Assembly: GCA_905178155.1 (NCBI GenBank)
Contig: CAJINV010000005.1
Location: 5,458,690 to 5,522,689 of the forward strand
Direction of reading: 5' to 3'
Source: Amoebophrya sp. A120
Lineage: Eukaryota > Protista > Dinoflagellata
DNA length: 64,000 nucleotides
Made by a program: the position numbers and the translations under genes. Below the pieces are notes generated by a model. That model did not search any database. It was not told where the DNA came from and was given only the letters and a program-made list of their open reading frames with translations. Below, one piece after another: positions 12,336 through 25,383 of the stretch (its first letter is position 1; every line of letters starts with the position of its first letter).

Positions 12336-15190
12336 ACGTGGAAAGGGGGGGAAGATTTTTTTTCATGGCAGGTGGACACGCCTGCTCTTTTTTTTTTTCC
12401 ATTTTTTTTTTTTGCTTCGTGGCGCTTGCTAGGGTGTTCCTTCGGGGATCCTTCCGCCGTGATCCTGTAGTGGCTTTTCGGACGAGATCCACCGTGATGC
12501 GACGGCCTAGAAGCTCGCAGAACGAAGAACGACAGAAATGCGCGCAAGCGGCCTTGCGGGGGGCCATTTCTTACCATAGCGCGCGACCTATTTATTCTTT
12601 ATTCCTGGCGGAACGCGACCACAGCACCCGACGGATGGCGCCACGAAGCGTTTTTTTTTTTTTATTTTTTCACCACCGTTTTTGAAATATTTGCTTCCGC
12701 TTCTCGCGATTCCTATGTCTGAGGTATGTTTTAACATGTCAGCGAAAGTAGTTTTTTTTTCAATTTTGAATTGCAGAGACAGAGACACAGCTTCAATAGC
12801 ATCAGCATCTGTGCACTTCCTGTTACTTACATTTTTAACTTATCCTTCTCACAACTATTTTTTCAGGAGCTTGTTATGCAAAGTCACGCAACCACGAGCG
12901 TTTCTATTGGGTAGCGCTAGGACGACGTGAGCAGAACCAGAAGGCAAACCCTTCTTCCCCGGAGTAGGCCCACGCTCCCAATAGTGAAAATAAACAGGCT
13001 TCCGCTCCTCGTTTCTTGCTCGTGCTTTTATTCATTTTTTCAACTTTTTTTCTTTTTCTAAACTATTTACATTTTGAATTCGTTTCCCTTTCCTCGTTTC
13101 GTATTACTTTTTGACATCGATTATTTTGAACTAGACTCATCATCATCTTATCGTGGCACTTGATATCACATTACATTATCACATGACGTTTTCGTACTAT
13201 TATTTCACATTATCGCTACATCAACTAGTATCGCATTTGCATTCGAGTAGAAAAACGAGCCAGAGCCTAAATGTAAAGATGAAAGTACTACTTCTACAGA
13301 GGCCTCCGCCTCTTCATGAAGACGATAGCGCGTTCCATCCTTGCGATAGCTTGAGCTTAGGAACGCAAAGAAACCGATCTTCGACGAACGCAAAGGAACA
13401 ACGCCCAGCATCAAAAAAGAGGCGCTCACAACTCGAAGAACTACTCCTTGTTGTCCTATTGTCATCTAATATTTTCTTGTAGCAGATTTTCATCAATATT
13501 CAATATCAATTTTGATTTTATAGCTTTTTTTCTTCCAAACCACACATGTTTCTGATAACATAACGCACGTTTTTTCTACCTTATTTCCAGTTGAGATCCC
13601 AGCATTTCTTCGGCACCTCCAATGTACAGAGTCAAAGCTGATAAATTTTCCTCGCAAAAAATCAAAAACAGTACAACTAGCTGCACCAGACCTATGGCAC
13701 CTGATGTTGATTGTTTCCATCATCTTTTTCGGATGTATTTTGAGCCATTTTTTTTCTGCATGCTCACAAGTCAAGTTAGTAGAAGCCGGCCTTACATACT
13801 ACAACCACACGAGCACCGCATCTCTACGACGAGGAGCTAGGGACAGAAGTATGCATAAAAAAGGGCGTGCTGGGCGAATCTCAACATTCTTAAAAAGGTT
13901 GCAGATGGTGATGGGAAGATCACGATTACAAATATGTTGGGCGATGACAGGGACGTCGACCATGAGCATGTTACGAGTGCTTCTTGAAGACGTCGACCGC
14001 TACGTGATCATCTTCTGTTTGGAACAATAAAGATTTTCAGCACGACAATAATTGTATTTCGTTCATCTTCTTGTACTTCGACGTAGTCGTACAGCTACAG
14101 GCGTAAAAATGTTGACATTAACGAGTCAGCAGGTGATTTCTTCGGTTCATTATCTACGTTGTATACAAGATGTCGGTTCTTTGTCGTGCAGAAGTATCAA
14201 TGAGCAAGATTTTATAGGCTTCGTGAATTGATAAAAATATGTGAAGATGCAGTCGGTTCTTGTTTCTCATCTTGTTCTCTATAAAACATCGGTTTTTTCG
14301 CTTTCCTCGTTCATCGCATTTGATGATGCACTTAATATTGAAAACGTCCTCGGACCGGGACCATTCTCCTATAAGTGCTGTTGAGTCGTGACCCTGATCG
14401 ACTTCGTGCCACCGCGTTGTGCGGCAACTTGCAGCAAGAAGACCGTGTGGTCGTCGTGGTCGGTTTTTACATTTTCTTATCGATAATTTATCTTAATCTT
14501 TCAGTTACACTGTTAAAATCGGTTATTATTTACCGGCTCGACAAGAAATCGGAATAGCGTGCTGGTCCGCAGCTTCTCGTCCACTTCTACCGCTTCTCGT
14601 CCGACAACTTTATACTTTGCGTATATAATAGTTCCTGCGAACAAGGCGCAATCGTACCACCTCCACGTTCTCGCGAAAAAGAATTTTTCAGTACTCGTAC
14701 TACTAGTCGTATTATACGCACATACACTACCTGCTGTTGTAGATGAAGCAGCCTTGTTCGTTCATCCTCCTCTGTGCTGAGTAGATAGGTGGAGGACAAA
14801 GAGGAAGTTAGTACTTCCATGACCTGCAATGTCTCTCTGATAGAATTGATAGCCGGAGGAGAACTAACCCCCCCGAATGCTTTCGAGGGGTGGCACCAGC
14901 GCGAGAATTTCGCACTCGCGCCGCGCTTGGGCGCGTGCTGGAGGGTCACGACCACAAGGGGCCTGCTGCCCTATGTCTGTTAAAGCTTCTGAGAAACTAC
15001 GGACCTGCCTTCCGTCGAGAAATAAAGGGGTTAGAAGTCCGACGTGAAAAAGCTTTCACTTTGGAAAAGTGAGAAATCGTTGACAATTTCCCACTCCGTT
15101 CTTTCTCGAAGGTTTTCGAGAATTATCGGAGTGAAAAGTCATTACTTCGCTTCTTACTTCTGAAAAGTCTTCATTCATTCTGGAAAAGTG

Positions 15191-15317
15191 AGATCCCTGT
15201 TAGTGGCAGGGAGTTGGTGCTCCCTGTTAGTTGTGGAGATCCCTGTTAGTGGAGATCCCTGTTAGTCCCACGACCCTGGGGCCCGCGGGCGTGGTTCGAT
15301 CCCTGTTAGTGGCAGGA
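15191..15317 (+). repeat. Cluster of five (GA)TCCCTGTTAGT(GG) direct repeats
   Basis: Copies near 15191, 15221, 15238, 15255 and 15298; preceded by GAAAAGT(GAGA) repeats at ~15062-15192. Confidence 0.8.
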
Positions 15318-16450
15318 CTGTTTTGACGGATCCAGCGCGCCGGCTTTTGTCGCTGCATGCCAGCGGCGTGCTCTTGGGGGCGGCGCGTTGCGATGGCTCG
15401 GCCAAAGAGCCCCGCAGCGAGCCTCGTAGGCCGGCCACAGACATTGGCGCCCTGGGGTTTTTTCGCCAGGAATTGGCCTAGATGGCTGGGGTGTTCCGTG
15501 CTTTAGCATTGGAGCCGATCTGGGTGCTCGGCCGGCGCAGGTCTTTTCCCCCTTCGGTAGGCATCAACCGGCGTGGATGGGCCGGGCCCTTTTGTCGAGT
15601 GCCCCGCCGGACAGTTTTCTTTGTTAGTTCGCATTGCCGCGCACGCCGCTGAAGCGCTTTGCTTTATTCCCCGTTGGCCCAACTACAACAACAAGCGAAG
15701 CGGCGTGCCACTGTGTAACGCTCGTTACACGATGGCGCTGGCCTCTCGCCTGAGAAGGCTAAACAGGCAGGACAACTACACTCATGTAGTACAGCGTCAT
15801 GCTGCGGCGTGTAGGCGCCGGCGTGTACGACATCATTGTATGTCTTGAACAGGCGGGATCATGTAGTTGTACAACGTAAACATGCTACAAACGCACACTT
15901 CATCTTTCGTCCCTAACATCGCAACATGACCACTCCCCCCTGGTGCCTCCTGCTTCGCAACATAATTTTCAACACTTGTACTTGTACCCTAAATTTCAAC
16001 TTACTGCTTCTATCGATTCATTTGCGAGCAGTTTAGAATCTTTATCGAATGAAAATTCGAGAGGATTTTAAATCTCCAACAAAATTATAAATCGCGACAA
16101 TTTAAATTTTGTTAAAAGCATTTCTAACCACCACCATGAGTTTTGTTGACAACTACTAAGTATTCTTGTTCAACGACTTCATCAACATCTCTACCCTGAA
16201 AATAAAACGAGTACAAAAAAAACCGAAACCCAACAAACCGGAGTACTATTACTGCAATAAACGACCCCTACTTGTAGAAGTTTTCATCTTGTTTCTAAAA
16301 TAAGCATTGCTGTTGTTCCTCAAGAACATTGCAGCATTTGTAAGAATTTTTCACCCGGCGCCCGTGGAAACTAAAAGGAAAAGTAACTCGAGGACCTGCA
16401 GCAGCTCCGAAGTCATCTCGGCGAGAACAACTAGGACGACCAAGAACTAC

Positions 16451-16758
16451 TATCAAATGCAACTATGTCTATGTCTGGGTGGTCTGGAAGAACGTTGCAG
16501 ATTTTTGTCATGTTGTTTTTGCATGACACAGAAAGTCTGATGTCATGGAAGCCCCTAGTGGTGCATCACAGATTTCATCGAGAAGCTTCCGCATTGCAGC
16601 CTAATCCGCATGACAAATAATCCCCCATTTTGGTGACAGGGAGTGGGCGTCTTGTGCTGCCTCTGCGTGAGGGATTATTTGCGTGAGGTCTTGTGAAATG
16701 CGCATCTTCACAAGTTCGCATCCTTCCCGATATGATCCAGGAATATTTGCATTTGATA
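16451..16758. mobile_element. Introner family E (upstream of gene 2 ATG)
   Basis: TIR TATCAAATGCAA / TTGCATTTGATA; DR ACTAC. Confidence 0.88.
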
Positions 16759-16906
16759 ACTACTTCCAGTAGTTGAAACCTTGTTTCCACAACCTGCCAC
16801 AACCTGCAAAAGAACTTCTCGTTGGCGACACGCTCGCACATCCACTACTTCGCATTTTCGACCAAGACTTCTAGTCTAGTTGAAAGTGCACCACCCAAGA
16901 ACAAGC

Positions 16907-19900
16907 ATGCCCAAGCCGCCGGACACGGTGATGACTCGGGGGGTGCCACTGCCAGCACCCCTCTCTGCGGGCGGTACCACGGGCGGCCGCGGAGGTCCTC
17001 GTGGATCTCTGCCCACGTATCCACAGTAAATTTCCCGTACACGTACAAATGCATTCTCTGCATGACAAAACTTGCCTTCAATCCTAGTCCAGCATGACAA
17101 GTTGGACTCTGCAAGGTAGCGAAATTTGTCATGCATTTTGTACATGTACAGGAAATTTACATTGCATACCACGACCCTGAAGACTATGACGGCCTCAGGT
17201 CGGAAATCCTCTAAGTGGAAATAATTTGTAATGCAAAAACACGAAAAATCCAGCTGAGGCACCATTTCTAGTCGGCGCATGACAAATTTCCCGGGCTGCA
17301 CTCAAACCGTGTCTGTCATGCGTGTTAGGCACAGGGGCGCGGCCCTTCTCTCATGCTAATCAGCAGCCCAATTCTGTTGAACTCGTAGAAGCACCACACG
17401 AGTCGGCCTCCATTGCTTTCTCTGCAATATTACAGTCTTTTTGATGTCGCATTTCATGCATCACAAATTATTTCCACTTTGAGACTTTCCATTCTGAGGC
17501 CTTCATAAAGACGTTGCTCTACCTGACCGGGGGCGGAGCCACGCTCACCTCTGGGACCTACAACCACTTGGATATCACAAGGAAAAATCCCCCCTCCCCA
17601 TATCAACCGGAAGTTTCTGATGCTGGATTTGCGTACACAAATCAGGTTTGTCTTGCAGTTGTAGAGGACTGCAGGCTCCTGCCAAGCCTGCTGAGTGGAG
17701 AGGTTTAATATTTGGCGTAGGCGCTTAGCTGCATGAGAAACTTCTATGCTGTAGGCCCAACAGCATCACAAACCGCCTGCGTAATTATGCGGCCGAGCCT
17801 GCGGAGTTGTCTTCTTGCAAGACAGACGTGATCTACTGTGGGCTCAAATCAGAGCAAGACAAATTTTCGGAAACATATCATACCTGTTCGATACATATGG
17901 GGAGGGGGGATCTTTCATCTCAATATTGGACCGCACCGACCTCGCAGCGGACCTCCAGGACGGTGTGGGCAACATGCTGGACGAGGACCAATATCCTGTG
18001 CAAAAGTATCGTATAATTTTCGTATTGCAGTCATGCATTACAAGTTTTTTTCTTAAGGTAAATAAATCCGCATTTACAAATTTCATTTCTCATGCTGAAG
18101 AAATTTTTATTTGCAATGCATTTAGTATACGAGTACGATAGCGATACTTTTGCAGTGCATAATGAAGTCGGGACCACGGTGGAACAGCACCACGACCAGG
18201 ACGACGTGGTCAAGAACACCATGCTGGACGACCATATCAACTGTAAAAGTGTCTCCGTCTGGAAGAATTCATGTTTGTCATGCTTGTCTGGCATGACTCT
18301 TAAATCTGTCATGCACGTTACCCAGGAGCTCCGCTTTTCTGTGATGCAGAAGCGCAGTTTGTCATGCAGAATAGGCAACACCTAGGAGCTCAGAAACTGG
18401 TCGAGCTGAGCCAGCATTTGTAGTCTCATCATGAGACGCCAACCAGCATCACAAATTCCCAGACCCAGACATTTTTACTTTTGATAGACCACCAGGAGTC
18501 CACGCAACTCGGGACGTCGACCACGGATGAACATGAGCAGTTTCTCCAACAGCATATGAAAAGGAAAAATCCCCCCTCCCCATATCAAAACGGAAATCTG
18601 TGATGCTCGATTTGCGTACACAAATCAGATTTGTATTGCAGGAAGGCACTGCGACCAGATCCCCAGGCTAGCTGGGGGCGTATGGGTCTAGTTGTTCAGC
18701 ATTGCAAACGGCTGACCTTTAGGCCCAACAGCATGACAAATCGCTTCGATAATGGGGCGGAAGCTTCTGCCCTTGTCTTCTTGCAAGACAAATGCGATCT
18801 GTGACGTCAAATCAGCAACGCAAATTTTCGGCAAGATACCTTTTCGATATGGGGAGGGGGGATTTTTCCTCTCAATACAGCAGGAACTGGAGCTACAGCA
18901 GCATGCCGCGGAGATTTCTGCTGACCAATTGCAGCCCGGGCAAGAAGATGAAGCAGAAGATGTTGCTGGACCCGGCTCCGCTTTTGTCACCACGACGCAG
19001 GAGAACCGTTCTTGCGGCGGGGGTATGAAATGCAAAAGTATCGTACTTGTAGTACTTCTTGCAATCATGCATTACATATTTTTTACTCAAGGTAGACCCG
19101 CATTTTACAAATTTCATTTCTCATGCTGAGGAACAATTTGTCATGCATTTATACGAGTACAATACACTTTTGCAATGCATAGGAAGCAAAAACTCTTGCG
19201 GCGGCTCGTCCCGGCGGACGACGAGGGTGTAGCACAAGGAAAAATCATCGTCCCTCCCCATATCGACCCAGCACGTCTTCGAAATAAATTTGTGTTGCTG
19301 ATTTGTGACCACAAATCGCGTCTGTCATGCAAGAAGGCAAGAACCCCACGGACTCCGCCGCGTTTATTATGCAGGCGGTTTGTTATGCTGTTGCTGCTGC
19401 TTTTCAATCATGCTAAGTGGCTAGGCCAGAGCCGCTCTACAACTCCGGCGCGATATGTGTCCTCAGTCTTCTCCAACAACCACAACAAATCTGATTTGCA
19501 TACGCAAATCCAGCGTCAGAAACTTCGTTTCGATATGGGGAGGGAGGTTTTTTTCACTTTTATAAGGTGAACGCGAAAGCATCTGCCACGGTATCCCGTG
19601 TAAAAACGTCCTCACCTCGTCTTCCCCAGATTTGTCATGCAATAAACCCTGCAAACCCAGAAGTAGAATTCGAATTGCATGTTTCTCATGGGCAGCCGCA
19701 GTCACGTGAATCACTGTTGCAGTGTCGCCTCTAGTGCTAGGATCATAGGGACGAGTACTAGGTTGCCCAATTTTTCTTTATACAAACATCGATCTTTTAT
19801 TTATGCGATACATACGCTTCTGACACCACTAGCGAGGCGTAAACACCGGCTTACAACAAGACCGACCCGCCTTCGTCATCTACGAGCGCAGTTTCTAATT

Positions 19901-22585
19901 TGTCGCGCGCAAGAAGAACAGCCAATGCCAACAGTTCTTATGTGGATTGTGTAAGAAAGTTCCTATCGTGTCCGTGAGTTCGACCGATAGGTTACGGGCA
20001 GCTGTGGGGGGGCGTTGGGGGAAGTTTTCCACAGGATATAAGGCCGTGGTGGCAAAAGCGGCGGCGCCCAAGCCGAACAAGGCGCAGCCGAATCTTTCGC
20101 CGCGCCAGACGTCGGTTGTGAAGCTGCAGTTTCCACAGCCACCGCCTCGCGCGGGTACTGCTTCGAGGATCCCTGGCCCTGCCTTGTTATGAAATGCAAA
20201 TTATATAATGCCTGGGTCTGGAATAGACATAAAGTTGGAACTTGTGATGCTGCATTTGGATTCTAAGAAAAGTTGTATTGCATCCGCTGCAGCAAAAGAG
20301 GCCTAATTTTAATTTTTGCTACGCCAAAAGGGCATTTGTCATGCGGGATTTTTGGCATCAAGAAGCCCTCAAATAAAACTCTGTGATGCAGCTACGGCAT
20401 ACATGATCACAGACATCATGGCTCATGCAAAACGTGCATGACAAAGTTGCACCCAGTGCGGCCCAGACATATTTGCAGTTGATATGCTACGCCGATGCAG
20501 CTGCCGCCCGGTCAATCGCCTCCTCCGGGTGAGTATCCATCACCGGAGCTGCAGCTGCGGCCATGGGAAAGCGTATCCACCGGAATAAATATGTCGGGGT
20601 CTGGAAGATGAATGCAAGTTTGTTCAGATGCTTGTCTCGCAATATTAAAGTTAAACGATTCCTGATCGTCCTGAATCTGTGATGTGCGTGACTGAGCAGA
20701 GGACAAATGAAAGCCTCGCGCCTCTGGCATGCAAAAACCGATACAGAAAGCGAGACACATTCAACTTGTATGTAGCGCGTCGTGGCTGCTGAATATAACA
20801 ATATATAAACTAAAACTAGCATTACAGCATTACTACAAATTTCATCCAGACGTCCAGGGATATTTGCACTGGAGACCACTACGACGACCGGAGCACCGGC
20901 GTCGGTTCAGATTGGAGCTGGGAAGAAGAAGAGCCACTCGATCTGGATGACATTGACATGCCGAGGGCTAGGTTTCTGGACGAGGACAACACGCAGCTCG
21001 AATTTCACGCACCGACTGGGACTGGCACTACACCGGGACCGAAGGGTGAATGGTTGAACTTCCCCCCTGCAAGGTATGCATTGCAAATATAATGTCTGGG
21101 TCTGGAAAGAACGAAATAAACTGCAGCAGTTTATTGCAACGCAGCCTTTCTGTGCCCCTCGGCGGGCTCAATCTCGATCATGCCCGGTTCTGCAGTGTAG
21201 GACCTAGCAACACAGATGATGATTCTGCGAAATGATCTTATTTGCAATGGTGCTTATACCGCATGAGAAGCACCCGCTTAACTTGATCCAAAGAGGGCAA
21301 CCTTTGGTGCCAGGAGTCATGCAACACATCAACAAATTTTTGCATTTGTGCGACGGCCACGCACAGGCCGCGTCACAAATTTGCCTCGTCCTGCCAGACA
21401 GACACGTTCGCAATGCATACCTGCTCGTCGAAGGATCCCAAGGAGACGCATATTGTGAGGAAAACTCCCCACTCCCCCTCTTGAAAGCGCGTTGTTCTGA
21501 AAATTTGTGATGCAGATTTGTGGCCACAGATGCGGTCTGTCTTGCAAGAGAGCAACGGCAGGGAGCGCGCCGCGTTGCGCAGGCGGTTTGTAACGCTGCG
21601 AGGCTTACTTCTTGGCAGACGTCTGCCATGCTAAGGGCCCACGCCTGAGCGCCCCTATCCAGGCTTTGTATCTGCCTGGAGTCCTCTACTGCAAGACAAA
21701 TCAATCTGATTTGTGTAGGCAAATCCAGCATCGCAGGTTTTTGCTTCAAGATGGGGAGGGGGGATGTTTCCGTTTGATAAGGCATCGAAAGCTCCTCCGG
21801 GGCATTGATTTCTTATGCAGTGCAAATATTTCGGGTTCTTGGTCTGGAAAACTGTCATGGTAAGTAATACACCAGTAGCGCAAAGTGCGTGCGTTAGCAT
21901 TACGCAGCCAGGCCCGGCAATTTTTTGCGCGCGTCAACAGTGGTGCCTAAAACGTATGTATGAAAACCAAATGAAATCGCATTTCTGCCTGACAACTAAG
22001 CAGCGCTATTCCGCAACATGCCGCATAGAGCACAGCAGATGCAGAAGTATGCGACGGATTGCCGCATGACAACTACAGTCTGCCAGACCCAGACGCAGAC
22101 ACATTTGCAAAGCATATTTCTATTTGCAGTACAAGGAGGCGGAACTCTTGGGCACCAACTGGAACGACGAGAGCTGGTCGCTGTGGGACAGGAGCCAGAA
22201 TCTGCGCTGGTTTGAGCTTGGCGAGGCACCATCCGCGAACGGCCGCGGCCTGAAGAAGACGTGGTGCTTCCTTGACATTGTCAACGCCGAAACGCACGAC
22301 GAATCTGGAAACCAGATCACGCCTCCGGACCAAGCAGGACAAGTTGCGCCGAGGACCGAGCCCTACTACGTGGAGCAGACTAGCCGTGGCGGGCTACCGA
22401 TTCACCTTGTCGCGTACTGTGCCGCGGACGAAAGGGTGTCGAACTGGTCGGAGATCGCCAATGACAACCGAAAAGCCGCTGTGCGGTTCCGCCCTATCCG
22501 GTCTAAAAACGTCGCCACCTCCTCACGGAGTTCTTTTGCAGGAGCTCACACAGATCTACTTACACGTGGTGGATGGGGACTCTAG
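16907..22585 (+). CDS. Multi-exon hypothetical protein interrupted by 14 introners
   Basis: Spliced frame MPKPPDTVMTRGVPLPAPLSAGGTTGGRGGPRGSLPT|TLKT|LLYLTGGGATLTSGTYNHLD|RTDLAADLQDG... is continuous over six junctions. Final exon = ORF 22124-22585 (Trp-rich, globular-looking). Confidence 0.75.
17018..17168. mobile_element. Introner family J
   Basis: TIR GTAAATTTCCCGTACACGTACA / TGTACATGTACAGGAAATTTAC; DR CCACG. Confidence 0.92.
17185..17507. mobile_element. Introner family K
   Basis: TIR TATGACGGCCTCAG..AAGTGGAAATAATTTGT / ACAAATTATTTCCACTT..CTGAGGCCTTCATA; DR AAGAC. Confidence 0.92.
17573..17925. mobile_element. Introner family H
   Basis: TIR AATCCCCCCTCCCCATAT / ATATGGGGAGGGGGGAT; DR TTGGA. 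Confidence 0.92.
17992..18161. mobile_element. Introner family C
   Basis: TIR TATCCTGTGCAAAAGTATCG / CGATACTTTTGCAGTGCATA; DR ACCAA/ATGAA. Confidence 0.85.
18235..18486. mobile_element. Introner family E
   Basis: TIR TATCAACTGTAAAAGTGTCT / AGACATTTTTACTTTTGATA; DR GACCA. Confidence 0.9.
18555..18877. mobile_element. Introner family H
   Basis: TIR AGGAAAAATCCCCCCTCCCCATATC; DR CAGCA. Confidence 0.93.
19024..19181. mobile_element. Introner family C
   Basis: TIR TATGAAATGCAAAAGT / ACTTTTGCAATGCATA; DR degenerate. Confidence 0.82.
19230..19564. mobile_element. Introner family H
   Basis: TIR TCCCTCCCCATATCG / CGATATGGGGAGGGA; DR GGGTG/AGGTG. Confidence 0.82.
19592..20038. mobile_element. Introner family D (divergent, long)
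   Basis: TATCCCGTGTAAAAACGTCC / GGAAGTTTTCCACAGGATA; DR degenerate. Confidence 0.7.
20188..20484. mobile_element. Introner family E
   Basis: TATGAAATGCAAA..CTGGGTCTGG / CCCAGACATATTTGCAGTTGATA. Confidence 0.8.
20574..20875. mobile_element. Introner family E (divergent)
   Basis: TATCCACC..AAATATGTCGGGGTCTGG / CCAGACGTCCAGGGATATTTGCACTGGAGA; ends approximate. Confidence 0.7.
21075..21419. mobile_element. Introner family E (divergent)
   Basis: TIR TATGCATTGCAAA..TGTCTGGGTCTGG / CCAGACAGACACGTTCGCAATGCATA. Confidence 0.78.
21451..21779. mobile_element. Introner family H
   Basis: TIR CTCCCCCTCTTGAA / TTCAAGATGGGGAG; DR ACGCA/AGGCA. Confidence 0.82.
21814..22116. mobile_element. Introner family E (divergent)
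   Basis: TIR TATGCAGTGCAAAT / ATTTGCAAAGCATA; DR TTTCT. Confidence 0.85.
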
Positions 22586-23109
22586 AAACACAACTAGTAC
22601 TTACTCATACAAGTATCATGTAGTAAAACAAACTAAAAGGCGTTTTCAGGCGCATTTAGGAACAACTTGTCATGCTCGAGTAACTTTATGTATCCTTCGA
22701 GAACAACGAGAAGTAAAAAAGCTCGTGCCGCAAAAACAAAAAGTGTGCTGCGACGACACGTGCTAACAAATGGTCCTTGGTCTACCTGCAATAAACCAAG
22801 CAACTTTCGGCTGTGTTCGTTGTGCAGAACTTCTCACGAACACCATGACTACATCACAGCGCTTGAAAGATTCGTCGCTTCGCGGACCACGCAAGTAGAA
22901 AAGCTGTTTGTAAAAAATCAATAGCATCACCCTATCGCGACAAGAACGCCGGGCTGGGGTGGACGTTCTTTTTATGCAGGATACGGCCCGTCCTGCAGTT
23001 TTGGCAGCCAGCAGCTCAAACCTCCGACACCGGCACGTGGAAGGAGGAAGACCGTGCAGATCAGGCCGCTGCGATCCGCGCTCTTGACACGGGCGCTCGG
23101 CTGTCCGAA

Positions 23110-23505
23110 GTGGAGCTGAATGCTGCGTCGACGGCATTGGGGGCGGTTTGTTTTGCTAACTTGGAGAAAATGGAGGTTTTTGCGAGTGATCGGGAGAACA
23201 TTTTTTTTTCGCTCCGGTGGAAGCCTCCATTTGTCTTCGGCAAGGTGGGACTCACTATCGAACAAGCAGAAAAACTCGCAGCGGACAAGCAAGCAACAAT
23301 CCACGCACTCCGCCTGGCAAACATCGAGCAGGAAAAAAAAGTGCAGGAAGCGAAGAAAAGCCAGGAGGCGGCTGAAGCAGCGGGCATCACTGGCAGCACT
23401 GCGGCTCAGCGCGCGAGGGAACAAGCGCGCCAAGCAATCAGCGCAAAAGAGGCCGCGGGGCGTCGCGTTCAAGCTACCCCCTTGGAAACATCTCTGGCGC
23501 TCTAA
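23110..23505 (+). CDS. Hypothetical coiled-coil protein (intronless ORF; first ATG at 23170)
   Basis: 131-aa ORF with an E/Q/A/K-rich helical stretch (EQAEKLAADKQ...EQEKKVQEAKK). Confidence 0.4.
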   Translation: MELNAASTALGAVCFANLEKMEVFASDRENIFFSLRWKPPFVFGKVGLTIEQAEKLAADKQATIHALRLANIEQEKKVQEAKKSQEAAEAAGITGSTAAQRAREQARQAISAKEAAGRRVQATPLETSLAL

Positions 23506-23876
23506 TTCCCGTCCTCTGTCCTAGAACAGTGATATAAGTAATTACTTGAGTGGTAGAGGTAGTCGTAGTACTGTGCCGCCCGGACAGGAGGAGTGTGGGC
23601 TACACACTTTGTACTTTTAAGATGAATGAGAAGGGGTATGATTTTTCTGTATTTGTTTCCACCATCTTGCTGGACTAGCACTAGTACTAGGAACCGTTTT
23701 TCATTGCGAATGGGCGTTCTGGTTCTTGCTTCGAACTGCAGTTTTTGTAAACACAGAAAAGGCAAACATGATCCGAGGTCTTATTTACTTAATATTTATA
23801 GTTGCTCTTAATGTACTAGCACGATGCCTTTTTGGTCTCCAGGAATACATTCATCTTCATCAACAAATGAAAATAA

Positions 23877-24245
23877 ATGAGGACTTGCATTGTCATCATG
23901 CAAATTCTGAAGTACTTATTGCAACTCATCATAGCAGAGAGGACCACGACCGCGAATGAAACTGCGATGAAGAGCAATTGGCTCTTTATATTTAGCCTGG
24001 GACAGAGAAGCCTAAGCGCGGAGACTCGTTTCCTCTGGATGGAAGCGCTCGAAAGGAAAGTGGACGCGGGACAAGACAAAATCCAGCAATTGCAGACCGT
24101 TGTGGAGAGAGCACGATACGAGCAAGCGGCAGCAGAAGAAGCCGCAAGAGCCGCGCGCACAGCAGCTGCGGGCCCTCGTCCTCCACCAGGAGCTGGAGCA
24201 GGTACGAATCGCTTTGTCTGTGTTTCCAAATGCCGAGCTAGCTAG
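23877..24245 (+). CDS. Small hypothetical protein; C-terminus shared with 29604-30012
   Basis: Ends PPGAGAGTNRFVCVSKCRAS*, nearly identical to the second copy; true start uncertain. Confidence 0.4.
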   Translation: MRTCIVIMQILKYLLQLIIAERTTTANETAMKSNWLFIFSLGQRSLSAETRFLWMEALERKVDAGQDKIQQLQTVVERARYEQAAAEEAARAARTAAAGPRPPPGAGAGTNRFVCVSKCRAS

Positions 24246-24350
24246 AACAGTTAGCAACTTCGGCGGTAAGCATTATTTACGTATCTCTACTAAGTAACAA
24301 TTGTCAATCTTTGCGGCGTGTGCCGGTTAGGGTTTATGATTATGCTCTTG
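24185..24350 (+). repeat. Dispersed duplication (other copy ~29953-30118)
   Basis: Shared CCAGGAGCTGGAGCAGGTAC...GGGTTTATGATTATGCTCTTGT. Confidence 0.9.
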
Positions 24351-25383
24351 TACTACTATCAGTCTATTTATTAGCCATCATTCTCGGCGGTTGTAAATCG
24401 ACGACGAGTTTTAGTTAATGCCTGAGACTACACTTACTCCTACGACGTCCGCGCTTCAGTCCATGTTTTCTATTTTCATCTCATCATCTCGAGGTCGAGG
24501 ATGAGGAAATGAGAAGTTTAATAAACTCTTGTAGCTGCGCTCGGGCGCTGCAAGTCTGATGATCGCGGCCCTGGTGCTGTTGGTCTACTTACTACTTCAT
24601 CGTGGCAACACCAACACAAGTGAATGTGAAATTCAAATTTCAAACGCACTTCCACTTCCAGGACAACCTCTTGCTGGTGCTCGTGGCCAACGTTCACCGC
24701 CTGTTGGCGACCCAAGAACTTCATTTTCTCCTCCTCCTCGTCCTCGCGCACAAGAACCTTCGTGGACGGCAGGTCGTCGACCACCACCTCGCACTTCTCT
24801 TGGTCTTGCTGCAATCACAGCTTCCCCTCCCCCTGTGCCTCGTCTTGGTGGAGGTGGCCGAGGCGCTGCTCCTTTTGCGGCGGGTCCTTCTGGTGGAGCA
24901 AGAAGTACTTACAAAATTTTTACACGATCACGACCGACCAGCAGCTAGCACTATTCTTCTCTGATCGGCTACGTTCTTCGTTGGCGAGGGCAGGGCTTCT
25001 CGTCCTTTGGATTTCTTTCTACTACCGCCCCGGCCATGCCGGAGGTTTCGATTGTATGAATTACCGGGCTTGTAGAATTGAAATTGTATTTCTCGGGAAC
25101 AGGTGTTAATTTTGCGAGGGTCAACGACTAGTCTCTCCCCCTAACGGTTTTGATGGGTCGTGTTCGGGTCCCCGATTCCCCCCAGAGGTCCTATTCCTCT
25201 CTCTGATACTTGGGGTCTTCGCTTATTTCATCGACGTCAGGATGGCCAAGTAGTCGGCGTTTTTGGAACAGGCTGTGGCTTCTCCGATTGGTAGCTAGAA
25301 GCGCGGCCCGTCCGGAAATTATCCACATGCCGGCGAGGGCTCGCGAGCTGGGGTTTCCCAGACAAGCCGCGGCTAGGTGGCGT

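Noticed and set aside
13500-14500. Possible degraded gene or retroelement in an AT-rich stretch
   Set aside because: No sustained ORF or recognisable domain.
15191-15317. Possible CRISPR array
   Set aside because: Repeats are only ~11-15 bp, spacers are irregular and too short, there are no cas genes, and the context is eukaryotic.
17815-19129. Many short ORFs with recurring peptides (YPVQKYRTR, KMSGSG, FQTQT)
   Set aside because: They are translations of introner TIRs, not a protein family.
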